DNA of 64,000 nucleotides, from NCBI RefSeq assembly GCF_009914755.1, contig NC_060925.1. One strand, 5' to 3'. Source of the DNA: the human T2T-CHM13v2.0 reference genome, Homo sapiens. Below the pieces are notes generated by a model. That model did not search any database, was not told where the DNA came from, and worked only from the letters and a program-made list of their open reading frames with translations. Below are positions 1 through 20,190 of this stretch, piece after piece (position 1 is the first letter of the stretch; every line of letters starts with the position of its first letter). Both the position numbers and the translations under genes were made by a program.

Positions 1-1098
1 CAACAAATACAGTTCATGTGAGAGAAGCGTCTTGCAATGCAGTTACTGTAACTCCAACATAGTTGCTTTGGACCTGTCTATCTTTCTTAAAGTGAGGTCT
101 CCCTGTAATCCCAGAATTCCCTTGAGGATCTAAGTGTTCTATGGTTCTTAACTTTTGGAAGGGGGTTCAAGCTTCCTTTGAAAACTTTTGCAATGCAAAA
201 GCATTCACACACATCATTTTGAAAAGCCAAAAGCTATTCCACACCAATTCCAGCGGGCTCAGAGACCCTCTGGAACCCATTCAAGGACACACATGGGAAG
301 GAGGCCTGTAGTGTGTGCACAAGTGTCTCTAAAGACTTCAAGATGCTTCATCCCAGGAAGAGACACCAGCTGCAGTAGCCCCTGCTCCTCTCTGGGCGTG
401 GCCAACAGTGACACTGAGAAGTGGAGAGAGCTTGGAGAGAAGGCGGCTGACCCTAGAGGGAGGTGTGGAGCCAGGAGTGAGTGGATGGTCCCTGATGCCT
501 CAGGAGACCGAGGTATGAAGAAAATTCCCGTTTCCACTATTGAAGGATATTGAGGTTCCCAAGGTGCCTTGCGGAGTCCAGGGAGCCAAGAATCTCACAG
601 CCTGTAACAAAATGATATTCACTCCCAACTCCAGGTGCAGCCACCTCAGAATAATTCAGGGGGTTCAGCCTGGAGTGAAGTATACTCTTGCTATACCCTC
701 CCTGGTATCCTCTCCACCTACCTTGATAAATGTGAATTTTTTGTGATGCAGTCTAAAATCCAGACAGAAGGGAAGCCTGCTTTTCCTGCCTTGTTGGCCA
801 CATGAATATATAAAAACTCCCCAAACATTTATAATACATGCAATAACGTGTTTTAATGTCATACTGAGAAGGTAGTGATTAATTCTCTCAGAGGGGACTC
901 AAGAGAAGATTTGCAGGGGGCATAAGCCCTGAGCCAGGTTTTGTAGGATGTATAGGAGTTCATCAGGCAACCAAGGACAAAGGGCACTACAGACCCAAGG
1001 AACAGCCTGGCCACGGCACAGTGGCCTAAGAAAGCATGGTGTGTGGGGAACTCTAGCAAGTTTACTCTCACTATGGAAGAGACGAAGGTTAAGAATAA

Positions 1099-1509
<411 letters not shown>

Positions 1510-1625
1510 TAGAATAAGATTAGTATGATGTCACAGAAGTCAAGGGGAGACAGAGTCCTGAAGGGACTATTAATATAGTTAATTAATGTGATATTATTAA
1601 TTTTATTAATAATTAATATAACACT

Positions 1626-1771
1626 AAAGTCCTCAAAACCCTCTCTGGAAAAAAGCATAGGCCACAGATCCTACCGTGGTTTGTGTTTCTTTTTCCTAAG
1701 CGTGTCCTCAACCTTGGCAAAATAAACTTCTAAATCGACTGAGATCTGTCTCAGACACTTGTTGGTTTACA
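1626..1771 (+). mobile_element. ERV1 MER4-group LTR 3' fragment
   Basis: aaccttggcaaaataaacttctaaatcgactgagatctgtctcagacacttgttggtttaca, the typical poly(A)/U5 end. Confidence 0.6.
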
Positions 1772-1857
1772 AAACATACAATGCAAACAACAGAACAAAA
1801 CATCAAAAAACTATGATTAATATTTCCAAAGACAGAGAGATAATATTGCACCCATGA

Positions 1858-2233
<376 letters not shown>

Positions 2234-2665
2234 AAGAACTCTTAATAATTAGGAATATGACAGCAACAATAACATGTTAATTGGAAGGGCTAGAAAATAA
2301 AGTTGAAGAAAGATTCCAGAGGCACAAAAAAAGGATGGAAAATAGATCAAGAAAGATAAGAAAATTCAAGATCATCCAGGAAGTCCAATATTTTACTACT
2401 TGGAACTCCAGAAAAACAAAACAAAGAGCTGGAAATGGAGATAGTTACCAAAGAAATTGAACGCACAACGTTCCAGGGGCTAGGGCTTACCAAGTCCCAG
2501 CTGTATTATTCACAAAGACCTAAGGCACGGGAGACAAAGAGAAGACACTTGAAACTTCCAAAGAGAAAAATGGGTCACATACAAAAGATTCAAAGTTGGA
2601 TAGTTTTAGGCTTCTCAAGAGCAACACAGGAAACTAGAATACAATAGAAAAATCTCTTTAAAAAA

Positions 2666-2964
<299 letters not shown>

Positions 2965-3036
2965 AAAAATTCTAAGAGAAAATAATTTTCAACTAGAATT
3001 CTATGTATGCCCAGGTAAATTATCAATTAACTGTCA

Positions 3037-3363
<327 letters not shown>

Positions 3364-4030
3364 GAAGCAGAAGAAAGATATTTTCATATATGCAAAGTTT
3401 CTAAATTCTCTTGCCTCTTTTCTCAGGAAGGTACTAGAGATTGGGTTTCACCAAAACGAAGGAGCAAATCACCAAAAGGCAGGCATGGGGTTCAGGGAAT
3501 TTGGGATCCTGTAGGTAAGAGGCAAAGGAAATTCCCAGGACAGTGGAGAGGGAAGCTCTAGGATCACTAACAGCTGTATATGAGGCCCAGTAAGTAACTA
3601 GCACAGATTAGAGCGGGAGACTGGGGGCAGGCGAGGGGTATGGAAGAAAAAAAAAAGAAAAGAGAGAAGAGAGAAGAGTGCTCATAACTTCCTCACAGGT
3701 TTGGATCTACTGAGCCCTCTAGGCCAAGAGGAAAAAGAGGCTAATTTAGTCATGAAACATATATAGACAACTAAGCAAATAAAAACACGGCAAAACTTAA
3801 CTTCAGAGAAAACCAAAAATCATATAAGTAGGGAAGGTTAATCATAATATACTACATGGGATGTAAGAAAATTTATCTAATCAAAGTTATGTAACTATTT
3901 TTAACTTAACCAAAACTTGAGATGAAACTAAATGTATTGAAAGGATGGGGGATGGGTTTGCATGGGGGCTGGGGTGAGGTTTGCACTGTTCTTGCCTTCC
4001 GTCACAAGAAGTCAGTTTAGATAGTATGTA

Positions 4031-4377
<347 letters not shown>

Positions 4378-5957
4378 TAGATAGTATTTAAACTGAAAAA
4401 TCTACAAAGAGCACTATCAGGCTGTTGTTGCAAATACACATTGGAATATCAGAAAAATTAAGTGGCTGCCTTTGGGGAGAGTGGGGCACAGGAAACTGCT
4501 GTTTTCATTATAAGAAATGTGGCACTTTTTCATCTTTCTAAACTGTGGCCATTCATTGTCTTCATAAAAATTAAAATCAGCTAATAAAAAGAAGCACGTG
4601 GGCATACATGAGGAAGTGAGAGAGTGAGCTTCTTTTTCAAGGAGGTTGGATTTTAAAATATGTAAAGATAAATAGAACAAATATCTGAGGTGGACACGGG
4701 GTCAAAGGAGTAGTTGTTAGGATGACAAAGAAGTGAGCATGTTTATAGCAAAGAGAAGGTGCCTGTGGAGAAAGAGCTAACAGGAACAGAGGATTGTTGT
4801 TGGGAGGCATTAGTGCCTCCCAACAACATCTTCTTTAAAAATAGAAAAATCCATCCTAAAATTTATGTGGAACCTCAAAGGACCCTAAAACCCAAAACAA
4901 TTGTGAAAAAGAACAGCAAAGCTGGAGGTCTCACAGTTTCTGATTTCAAAACTTAGCTACAAAGCTACAGTCATCAAAACAGTGTGGTACTGGCATAAAG
5001 ACAGACATATCAATCAATGGAATAGAATAGAGAGTCCAGAAACAAACCCTCGCATATATGGTCAAATGATTTTAGACAAGGGTGCCACAACCCTTCAGTG
5101 GGAAAAAGACAGTCATTTCAACAAATGGTGCTGGGGAAAGTGGATATCCACATGATAAAGAATGAAGTTGGACCCTTACGTAACACCATATGCAAAAATT
5201 AACTCACAATGGACCAAAGACCCAAATATAAGAGCTAAAAACTACAGAACACTTAGAAGAAAATGTAGGGCAAAACTTTACGACATTGAATTTGGCAATG
5301 ACTTCCTGGATATGACACCAAAGGCATAGGCATCAAAAGCAAAAATAGACAAATTGGACTTCATAAAAATTGAAAACTTTTATGCATTAAAACACACTAC
5401 CAACAGAGTGAAAAGGCAACCTGCTGAATGGGACAGCATACTTGCAAATCATGTATCTGATAAGATATTAATATCCAGAACATATAGAGAACTACAACTC
5501 AACAACAAAACAACCAACCAGATTAAAAAATGGTCAAAGGACTTGAACAGGTATTTTTCCAGAGAAAATATATGAATAGTCAATAAGCACATGAAAAGAT
5601 GCTCAACTTCACTAATTGATAGGGGAAATGCAAACCAAAACCACATTCCACCTCACACTCATTAGGATGGCTCCCATCAAATACACAGGAAATGACAAGT
5701 GTTGGTGAGGATATAGAGAGATTGGCACACTAGTGCACTGTTGTTGGGAATAGAAATACAGCCACTGTGAAAAACACTATGGCAGTTCCTCAAATATTAA
5801 AAATAGAATTACCATATGACCCAGCAATTCCACTCCTGAGTGTAAGAACTGAAAGCAGGATCTTGAAGAGATATTTGTACACCTGTGTTCATAGCATCAT
5901 TATTCACAATAGCCAAAAGGTAGAAGCAACACAAGTGTCCATCAACAAAAGAATGGA

Positions 5958-6265
<308 letters not shown>

Positions 6266-6475
6266 AACAAATGAATGGATAAACAAAATGTGATATATAC
6301 ATACAATGGAATACCTGTACACCTGGGCAACAGAAAGAGACCCCATCTAAAACCAATAAGCTTGTGAATAAACAAAATGTGATATATACATACAATGGAA
6401 TATTATTCAGCTTTAAAAAGGAAAGAAATTCTCACACATGATATAACACAGGTGAACCTTGAGAACATTAAGCTA

Positions 6476-6841
<366 letters not shown>

Positions 6842-7904
6842 TTATGATCTACTTATAGGAGATTCCTAGAGTGGTCAAATTCGTAAGGCAGAAAGTAGAA
6901 TAGGGGCTGGGGGAGGGGGCGTGGGGAGTTATTGTTTAATGGGTACAGAGTTTCAGCTTTGCAAGATGAAAAGAGTTCTGTGGATGGACAGTGGTGATGG
7001 CTGCACAACAATGTGAATGTACTTAACACCACGAAACTCTACACTTAAACATGGATGGTTAATATGGTAAATTCTGTTAAGCATACTTGCCATAATAAAG
7101 AAAAATTGAAAGAGAAAGGAAAAAAGAAAAGAGCACCAGTGGCCAGATTGGCTTCAACAGGAAAAGGAACATGATCCCTGAGGCAGGAGGGGAGAGAGGT
7201 GTGGATAGAGAGAAGCTGGGCATTTGTATGGAATCAGGTTAAGCGCATCCAATAGTTGGCTTTCTCAGGGAAGGAAAAGGTAAGGGTGTTTGTTAAAATG
7301 CAGGAAAAGTGGGGGCCGGGTGGGGTGAGGATGAGGAAGCACGCTCACCCATGCCTGTCTTAGGGCTCCTCTGAGTCAGGGATGCACATAAAATATATGT
7401 CTGGAAACCAAAAACAACTTAAAAACCATTCAGATCTTAACTAAAGTCCCTTTCCCCTTCTGAAAAAAAAAAAAAAGTCAAAGAGGCAATTACATTCATG
7501 ATGCCCAGCCTTCTCTCTGCCTCTGGATCTCACACACCAGAGCAGCTTTCCCAGCATCTTCGTCTCATTCCTGCTCCCTGCACCTGGAAGCCTCTCTCCC
7601 AGCTGTGCCCCTGCAAACCCTGCTTCCCCAGGCCCAGAGCCCATGGGAGGGAAGGAATGGGCTGAGGCAGGCAAGGCCTAGTTCCACAGAGACACTCAGG
7701 GCCAGGGAAGGATTTGATGGCTGTCCGGGGCCAGGGAGTCCAGACGGTGACCTTAGTGCAGGCGTCTGAAGCCTGAGAGAGGGGAAGGGGCAGGAGAGCA
7801 AGAAGCAGCAGGCTCTAGAGGATGATGGGTCTCACCGCGGAGCAGGCTCTGAGAAGGATAGATTGGATTTGAACAGGCAGACCGGAGGAGGGTGTGAGGA
7901 CAGG

Positions 7905-8632
<728 letters not shown>

Positions 8633-9181
8633 GCAGAGAAAGGCAGAGGGAGCTATGCAAGCAAAAGTTTGAAGGGGAGAAAGCAGAGGCATGGTGAGAT
8701 CCTGCAACCTCTCTTTGTGGTCAGACCATAGGAGGCTGGTAGGAAGGGAGGCAAGAGAGGAAGGCTGACGTCATCGGAAAGTCTTTGAATCCCAGCTAAG
8801 TGACGTGGACCCACCCTACAGGCAAAGGCATCCTCTGATTGATTTTAGGGGATGCAGGATAATCAAACCTGAGTTTTAGGAAGGTAACTGTTGATAGCGG
8901 GGCAGGGACTGCAGGCAGAAAGGGAGGTAGGAGGAGTCAGGGTGATTCAAGTAAGCAGCAGTGATCCCTGGCCCAGGGTAGAGGCAGAGGCGTATTTATC
9001 AGATATTTATCACCCACCTGATCTCAGTCAATTTCCTTGGGGATCTCAATGCACTCATTCACACTAAAGTGTAAGTAACAAGACCTGGCTTTTACCTCCC
9101 CTGGAGCATTTATGTTTTACCAGGACAGCGTCTGGTGGTGGAAAGACAGTGGAATTTGAAGCTTTCTGACTGTTGTGCCAC

Positions 9182-9920
<739 letters not shown>

Positions 9921-10489
9921 GCTATCAACAAACCAGGTGACCTTGGTCGGATTATTTATCCTCTCTGAACTTCAGACTCATCTATAAATGGGAACAATGA
10001 CACTACCATCGCAATTGTTGTGAAGGCCAAATAAGATAATGTCAATGAAGAGAGCCCTGTGAATCATCAAGAGAGACGTTGGCCTTTTAATGAAACTGAA
10101 TGAATAAAGTATTCATGGTAGAAGTTTCAGGCATGAGCAGCGAAGATGAGGCTGGTGATGTGTCTGTGTGTACTCCTGGAGGGATCCCACCTTCAGGCAG
10201 CTGACCCCCACATGAAGCTTAGGGGCTTCAGGAGAATCAACACGAGAGCTTATACACCAGGGAACAGTATTAACTGCAATTGCTACAATGCCACACTTGA
10301 CATATTCAAGCCTTGGAGAAAAACTGTAAGTACGGTAGATTCTTGTTATTTGGGTAGTTACATTCTATAAAGTCTCTGGGAACCCAGAATTAGCAAGTAC
10401 TGACCAATTGCTCCTAGTGGAAATACAGGATTATGTTCTTGCAAGCCTGTGATCACAATGTTTTTTATCAATTTTTAAAATTAGTTTGT

Positions 10490-10808
<319 letters not shown>

Positions 10809-10859
10809 TCAATGTATAACCTTGTATTATATGTGTTTCTGTTTAAGGACACCTTATTT

Positions 10860-11153
10860 AGGCATTGTGGCACTTGTCTGTAATCCCAGCACTTCAGGAG
10901 GCCAAGGTGAGGCAGGAGGATCCCTTGAACTTAAGAGTTTGAGACCAGCCTAGGAAGACCTCGTCTCTACAAAAAACTTTTTAAAAATTAGCCAGGCACA
11001 GTGGTGAGCACCTGTGGTCCCAGCTACTCAAGAGGTCAAAGTGGAAAGATCTCTTGAGCCTGACAGGTCAAGGCTGCAGTGAGACGTGATGGCACCAGCT
11101 CACTCCAGCCTGGGTGACCAGAGTGAGGCCCTCTCTCAAAAAAAAAACAAAAA
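10860..11153 (+). mobile_element. AluJ
   Basis: Diverged Alu; ggtcaaggctgcagtgag. Confidence 0.9.
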
Positions 11154-12051
11154 GGTGTCATATTTAATATTTATTGTTGATTCACTAACATTGAACTCAC
11201 AGCCAACAGACTATAACTCATACCTGCACAAAGCTTATCTAACACATAGATTTTCTCCACAAGGCACATCACAGCCTTCTTGCACTAAGGAACGCCAGAC
11301 AGCACTTCAGCACTATGTTTGGTGGCAATTTTGAACAGTAAAATCACCAACAAAAACCACAGATATGAAAAAAAAAAAAGGCACTAAATAGACCAAGAAA
11401 AGGACCCTTGCTTACTGGATGAGAACTGAAATGAGAAGCCAAAGTGTCATCTTATTTGTCTCAAGTTTTTTGACACTCTGTATAGCTGCCAGCGATCACA
11501 GCTCCACAAGTATTGATGTGGGGGTTACAAATAAATTTCAGCAAGTACACTCAGTTGCAAATATGAAATCCACAAATAACAGGGACCAACTCTGTTGCTC
11601 TCATCATTCTACAGAGCAAGAAACTGAGGCTTATCAAGATAAACATCTTGCACCCAGCCAGCAAATGGGAGAGCCAGGATTCAAACCCCATACATGAAGC
11701 TTCCACGCCCAGGATGTTAGCACTATTGCACACTATTGCTTCTTATTTCACAAATAACTCCCTGAGGCCCAGAGAGGTTGCTGAATCACCTAAGGTTCCA
11801 CAGGTGCTGGGGGCAGTGTGGGGGCTGATCCCAAGCCCTGGATCCATGGACCCTCCCTTTCATGAACTGCCTGACCTGCCTGTGTTGTGCCATCTCGCCT
11901 CTCATAATCTTTCTCTCCGCCCCCACCCAGGGACCCTGGGAACAGTTTAGGGAGTGGGGAGCTGGGGTCAGACGAGTCATCGTGTGGGATGGAATCTGAC
12001 TGCTCCTTAAGCAGCTCAGGCAGACATCTAGGTGGGTGAGTGCAGGTTAGG

Positions 12052-12065
12052 CCACCAGGGGGCAG
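12052..12065 (+). promoter_or_regulatory. CTCF core motif CCACCAGGGGGCAG
   Basis: Matches CCASYAGRKGGCRS exactly, in a locally CpG-retaining unique stretch. Confidence 0.65.
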
Positions 12066-12554
12066 CCCCACCCTCCCCGCACCCTACATCCGGCAGCTCC
12101 CAGCACACACAGGGCGCGCCTCGACCGCCAGAGTGGTCCAAGAAAAGGCGAAAGGACAATGGGGTAATTGATGCAAATGCACCATGAAAGACAAATTGTT
12201 CAGATGAAGTGCATTCCGGGCTCCTGCCAAACGCCCAGGGTGTGTGGAATTTCAAGGAAAAGCTGAGTACATTTAGGCCGTCTGGCTGGGCCACTGTGCC
12301 CCCTGACCCAGCTTCCAGCCTGAGCCACAGCTCCCTTCCCTGGAATGTTGCAGGCTTGGCCTGGGCTCCCAGCGGCTGACCCTGGCATGGGGGTGGGGGG
12401 GCAGTGGGAAGGGACGGAGCAGGTGGTGTGATGGGAGGACCCTGACCTTTACTGCAAAAAGGACCCTGGCACCCACGCTTTCAGATGGCCTTCGGGCCTC
12501 TCGAATAAATTCACCACACATACTCCATCCCCACTCCCAGAGCTGCTGTGAATG

Positions 12555-12690
12555 CTGGCACTTCCTCTTACTCCCTGGGTGGCCTCAGGTAAAGCCTTCC
12601 TTCTCTTTGAACCTGTTTTCTCATCTGTAAAATAGGGGTAATCATCTTTTGCATTTATACCCTACAGGGTTGTGAGGATCAAATGAGAAA
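12555..12690 (+). mobile_element. MIR
   Basis: ctcatctgtaaaatagggg...gggttgtgaggatcaaatga core. Confidence 0.7.
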
Positions 12691-13375
12691 GGTCAGGAAA
12701 CTTCTGTTCCTTTCTATTCAAAGAAGGCCACTTCTCAAGCTCCACAAGAAGCCACCCAGAGCAGCCAATCTCCTGCCTCCCCCAGACTCCAGAAACCCAA
12801 AACTTGCTACCCAGCCTCACCCCTGGCTCCCTGGAGACCTCTGGGTGACCCTGGCCCCAGCACTGGCCCTGTAGAAAGACTCTCAGCCTCCCTCCCCTCA
12901 CAAGATCTGAACTTCCGACCACCCCCCAACGCAGAGAGGGTGGAGCAGGATCTGAAGCTGAGGCCTGCACAAGGGCCCCTTGTCCTGCTGGGCAGCCTGG
13001 CACGATCTGTCCTGTCCCAAGGAGGCTCGCTGGGACTATTGTCTTTGTGTTGTGGCTTGGGGGAGGGGCAGATCATGGTTCATCAGGGCCAGGCCAGAGG
13101 GACCAGGCTCACACTCCAGCCCATCTCCTGGAGTGGCAGGTTTTGATACCTTCCTCCCACTCCACAATGGCCAGACATGTGCCAGGATTTGTTCTGGATC
13201 CTTCCAGGCTGCTGGGTCCCATTGTTAATCAAGGTGCCTCCGCACCCTGCTTCCTGCCATTGCCTGCCTGAAAAAGCTCAGTTTCCATCTTCTATCTTGA
13301 TAATCCCCATCCCATCCTTGTTCCTTCCCTGTCTTTATTATATGAATTATTTACTAAATCATGCAATGCACCTAA

Positions 13376-13774
<399 letters not shown>

Positions 13775-15199
13775 GAGGATTTATTAGTAAAACTCCCAAG
13801 CCTTTGCTCTGGACCCCATATTCCCATTTTTGCTCCCTTTCCCTCCTGTTGGCCCTACTTCTTCTACGGTGCCTTCAGCGTCTTCCTGCAGCTGTGCCAG
13901 GGCCAGTTTTCAGGTCCCACAGACCTGAGCTGATCCCAGCTCCCACACTACACAATCTGCAATTTTGAGCAAGTTACATATTAAACTTCCCTGATTCTTA
14001 ATTTCCTTATCCACAAAGTGAGAAAGGATTATCTCTGCTACAGGGGGCAAGTAAGATCAAATAAGATAGTGGTCATGAAAACCTCATGAAAATTTATTAC
14101 CAGGCCACACAGCAGAGATTTTATTACAATCATCAACGTGCTAATGGATGGCCTTCCCACCCACCTGGAGATAAGAGTATCCTCTTCCAGCTTCTTGGAG
14201 ACTATAATAATAATTATCCTTATTATTATTAGGTGTGTAATGACTTAACTTTACTGAGAATTTTCACACCCTTCAAAATGTTACAACATTCCCAAAGAGA
14301 TCCTGTGTTAGAAGAGGTAGGGGAAGAAAAATAATTTTGGAAAGCTGGAAACTTCCAGCATCACTTGGGTCATTTACAAATAATTTGTTTTCTGCCAGAG
14401 ATAACCAAGGTCCTCACATCCTGGACACTTACAGTCTAGCAAGGAGAGGGCTGCTAGATTTCAGCAGCCCCGCCCTGGGGCCAGTGTACAGTTATTTCCA
14501 GTGGGTCCGGCGTTCATCCCAAAGCCCAGTATAGTCTGGGGCTAGACAAAGGCCTTTCGGATGCCAGCGACGACCAAAGAGGAGGCTCATGCACCCCAGG
14601 CAACACCCTTCCTGCCCTGGTCCTGACAGCCACACCAAGGGTTAACCAGACCCAGCCCTTCCTGGCTACTGGCAGGACAGGCAGGCTTAAGTCCCCTCAA
14701 TAAACAATAGTGGGGCCACTTGCCAGCACCACACACATGAGCAAAAACTCTGCTTGGACCTGAAGAGCCCCCTCACCCCACCCCTTCCCAGCTGCTCAGG
14801 CCCAGGGAGGGGTTCGCAGTTCTGGAAAGGGTTAAGTCTGCAGGAGGTGCCTGGGACCCAGCTGTTTCCTGTGGGCAGGGGCGGGGGATTTACAGCCTCC
14901 CCCACCGTGGGGCTACCAAGCCTGTGTTGGGGAAGGATGCCTCTGAGTCCTTGCTCTGAGGCCAGACTCCCGTCATGCAGCCAGGGCCTCCCACGCAGGC
15001 GCCAGCAGAAAGGAGGGGGCAGGAAAGAGGAGCCTCGGGATCCAGGAGAAAGCAGGCTGGCCTCTGCAGAACAAAATGGGCAGATGGGGAGCTGGCCCTG
15101 TCAGTCCCGGGCCTCACCTCATTTGGAGACGGTAGCCTGTGGCAGGGAAGTTGGTCTGGGAGTTCAGGCACTAGGCTTCCATTTCAGGTGAAAATGTGA

Positions 15200-16030
<831 letters not shown>

Positions 16031-16188
16031 CCCCTCCTCACCCGATAGAACAGAGGAGAACATGTGCCCGGCCCTGGCTCCCTCAGGAAGGGGCTCTTTT
16101 TCTATGTTGTGTTGGAGAATTTCCTTTTGAAGGAGTTCATCTGCCCTGCCATGGGATAGCACTTTTAATTGGTCAAAAACGACACTCC

Positions 16189-16354
16189 TAGTCGGGCTTG
16201 GTGGCGGGCGTCTGTAGTCCCAGCTACTCAGGAGGCTGAGGCAGGAGAATGGCATGAACCTGGGAGGCAGAGCTTGCAGTAAGCGGAGATTGTGCCACTG
16301 CACTCCAGCCTGGGCGACACAGCGAGACTCCATCTCAAAAAAAACAAAAAAACA
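16189..16354 (+). mobile_element. 5'-truncated AluY (right arm only)
   Basis: aatggcatgaacc, gagcttgcag diagnostics; TSD aaaaacgacactcc. Confidence 0.9.
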
Positions 16355-16369
16355 AAAAACGACACTCCA

Positions 16370-16700
<331 letters not shown>

Positions 16701-17284
16701 ATGACATTACAGCCTCAGAACAGTCCAGGATGCCCTGAGGTAGGAAGGTAGGAAGTCCTATGCTAAGCAGGCCAGCTAGAGAAGGTGCATTGCCCAAACG
16801 GGAAGCAGAAAAACCCAGCTCTTCTTCCACCAGCTCTCAGTCTTTTGGTGACTCACGTGGACTCCAAGACCATGGGGCTGAGCCCTGAGCACTTTCCCTG
16901 TGATAGCCTGGCCCCCTCCCAGAGCCCAGGGCACTCTGGTGCCTTCTAATAGCCAGTAATCTCAGGGTGACCTGCTCCTATTTTTTGAGAAGGCAAACTG
17001 CCAAATCTGGGGAAAGGTGGGGAGGTAAAGAGGGATAGAGATTCTATAATCTCAATCACTCAGCAAACACTGAACTCTTACTGTGTGCCAGGCACAGGGT
17101 TAGGCACTAGAGATAAATGGTAAAGAGAAGGTGGTTCCTACCTAGAGAGGGATATAAACAAGTAAACCAAGGCTATACCAGTAAGAGTGTGTAAAGGGTA
17201 ATGACAGATGTATGCAGAGAAGGGGCACTTGGCTCTGACTAGGGGTAAGAGAAGAACCCTGGCAAGGCTTCCCAAAGAAGATTC

Positions 17285-18120
<836 letters not shown>

Positions 18121-19890
18121 CCGTTACTCTAGAACTCAGTCTCAAAGGAGCAGGAGGGACTAGCTAGGTAAACACAGGAACAGAGGCTCAAGAAGACCAC
18201 AGAGTTCTATGGGAAAGACCATAGCAGAGAGGGCTGCCACCACAGAGAGCAGCCCAAGGAAATCAACAACGCTCTATCTGCCTATAGCCCGGGTTTACTT
18301 TTTGCTACATGCTTATTTGTGTTGTATTTTTGACCTTGTTCATGTATATAGTATTCCTGCAGGGAGAGAGGCTAATAGTTCCTATTCTATATTGATGAAA
18401 ACTGACCCCCAGACCAGTAGGAGTGTGACCAGAAACCAGCTGCCCACGGAGCTCTCTTCTCCAGTGAATATTTGGATATGAATGAGACCTGACAAAGAAA
18501 ATCACCAGACCAGTCTAAGGAAGACACAGGAAATGGAGGAATGAGGTTGCCCTTGTTGCAGATGGTGCTCCCCAGGACCCTGGCATGTGACGCTAAGTGG
18601 ATGTATATAAGCTTGCAGGGCGTGTGTGTGCATGTGTGTGTGTGTATGTGTAACACCATTCATCAGGCTTCATTCAATAAATCTCCACCAAGCACCTGCG
18701 CCCTAAACCCCAGGGACCAGGACAGCAGCCATGGTTTTTCGTACCCTGAGTTCTTGATGAATATCACTGTCTGAGATCATTAAGCATCCTTCCCTTGGGT
18801 TGGCAACTTCAGAATCACTATGGGGACTTATTAAAAATACTGAAACCTAGGCCAGCTCCAGAGGTTCAGATTCAGTGGGCTGCAGGTAGTGACAGTGTTC
18901 TGTGCTTTTAACAGGCACCCAGGAGAGTCTGACCATCTGCAGGATTTAGAACCTACTGACCTACTTCAACCTCTTTGCTTTATAAGTGAGGAAAGTGAGA
19001 CCCAGCAAGGAGGGAGTTGCCCAAGGTCACAGGGCCGGGTAATGGACAGCCTGAAAGAGGGTACAGGCTGCCAGCATTCCTGCTGAGAGCCACTTAGGTG
19101 TCCTCTCAGTGCATTCCCCCCGACTGCATACCTGCCGGATTTCTTCCCGGCTCCACTCATCTGAAGTGTCCCAGGAGCTCCCAGGAGCCCAGCTCACATC
19201 CACCTACAAACAGAAAACACTTGCCCTCACAGCCGATAAGCCCCCAAGACAGTATTTCATACACACACACACAGGTGCACGCATGCACACTACCCACATG
19301 CAGAATTTCATGTTCATTCTTTCCACGAGTCTTTGCTGAGCATTCACCCACTATATGCCAGCCACTGACCTGAGAATCCAGCAGTGAGCACAAGAAAAAA
19401 AAAGTACAGGACCCTGCCCTCCTGCACCTTCCAGTCTAGGGCAGGGAACCAGGGGGCTGCTTCAAGTCAGTTCCAGCAGCAGGCTCTGCCCAGGCCCATG
19501 AGCAGCTGAGCAGAAGAGCAAGGGTTTGGCTGCTGGGGTCAGGGTGGACCCCTCACCAGACTGTGCAGGCAGAAGACCTCTCAGCTTTGGATCTGGGAGC
19601 TCAGAAGGCACTGGGAAAAGCAAAGTGGACCCAGGTCCTCCCACATCCTTCCAGGCACCCTGGATTTCCTAGTACCTTTATTTTGAAATATCTGTCCAGC
19701 AGTGGGCACTAGCAGAGGATCCTGACTGCAAACATGACTTGCAGGCTAAGCTGACAGGAGCTGCCAGGTACCTAGCAGAGGCCAGGAGACACAGCAGGGA
19801 GGAGATCCCCTCGCTAAATTCCCAACTGGCCAAGATGCCTGCATTCCACAGCCTTCAGCAGAGGGCCCTAGATGGGAACATTTGTCTGTC

Positions 19891-20190
19891 TTTTTTTTTT
19901 TTTTCTTTTTTTTTTTTGAGACAGGGTCTTGCTCTGTCACCCAGACTGGAGTGCAGTAGCATGATCTTGGCTCACTGCAACCTCCGCCTCCCGGGTTCAA
20001 GCGATTCTTATACCTCAGCCTCCTGAGTAACTAGGACTACAGTGCGTGCTGGGCTAATTTTTGTATTTTTAGTAGAGACGGGGTTTTGCCATGTTGGCCA
20101 GGCTGGTCTCGAACTCCTGACCTCGAGTGATCCTCCCACCTCAGCCTCCCAAAATGCTGGGATTACAGGCATGAGCCACCACGCCAGGCC
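19891..20190 (-). mobile_element. AluS
   Basis: Alu consensus; TSD ggaacatttgtct. Confidence 0.95.
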
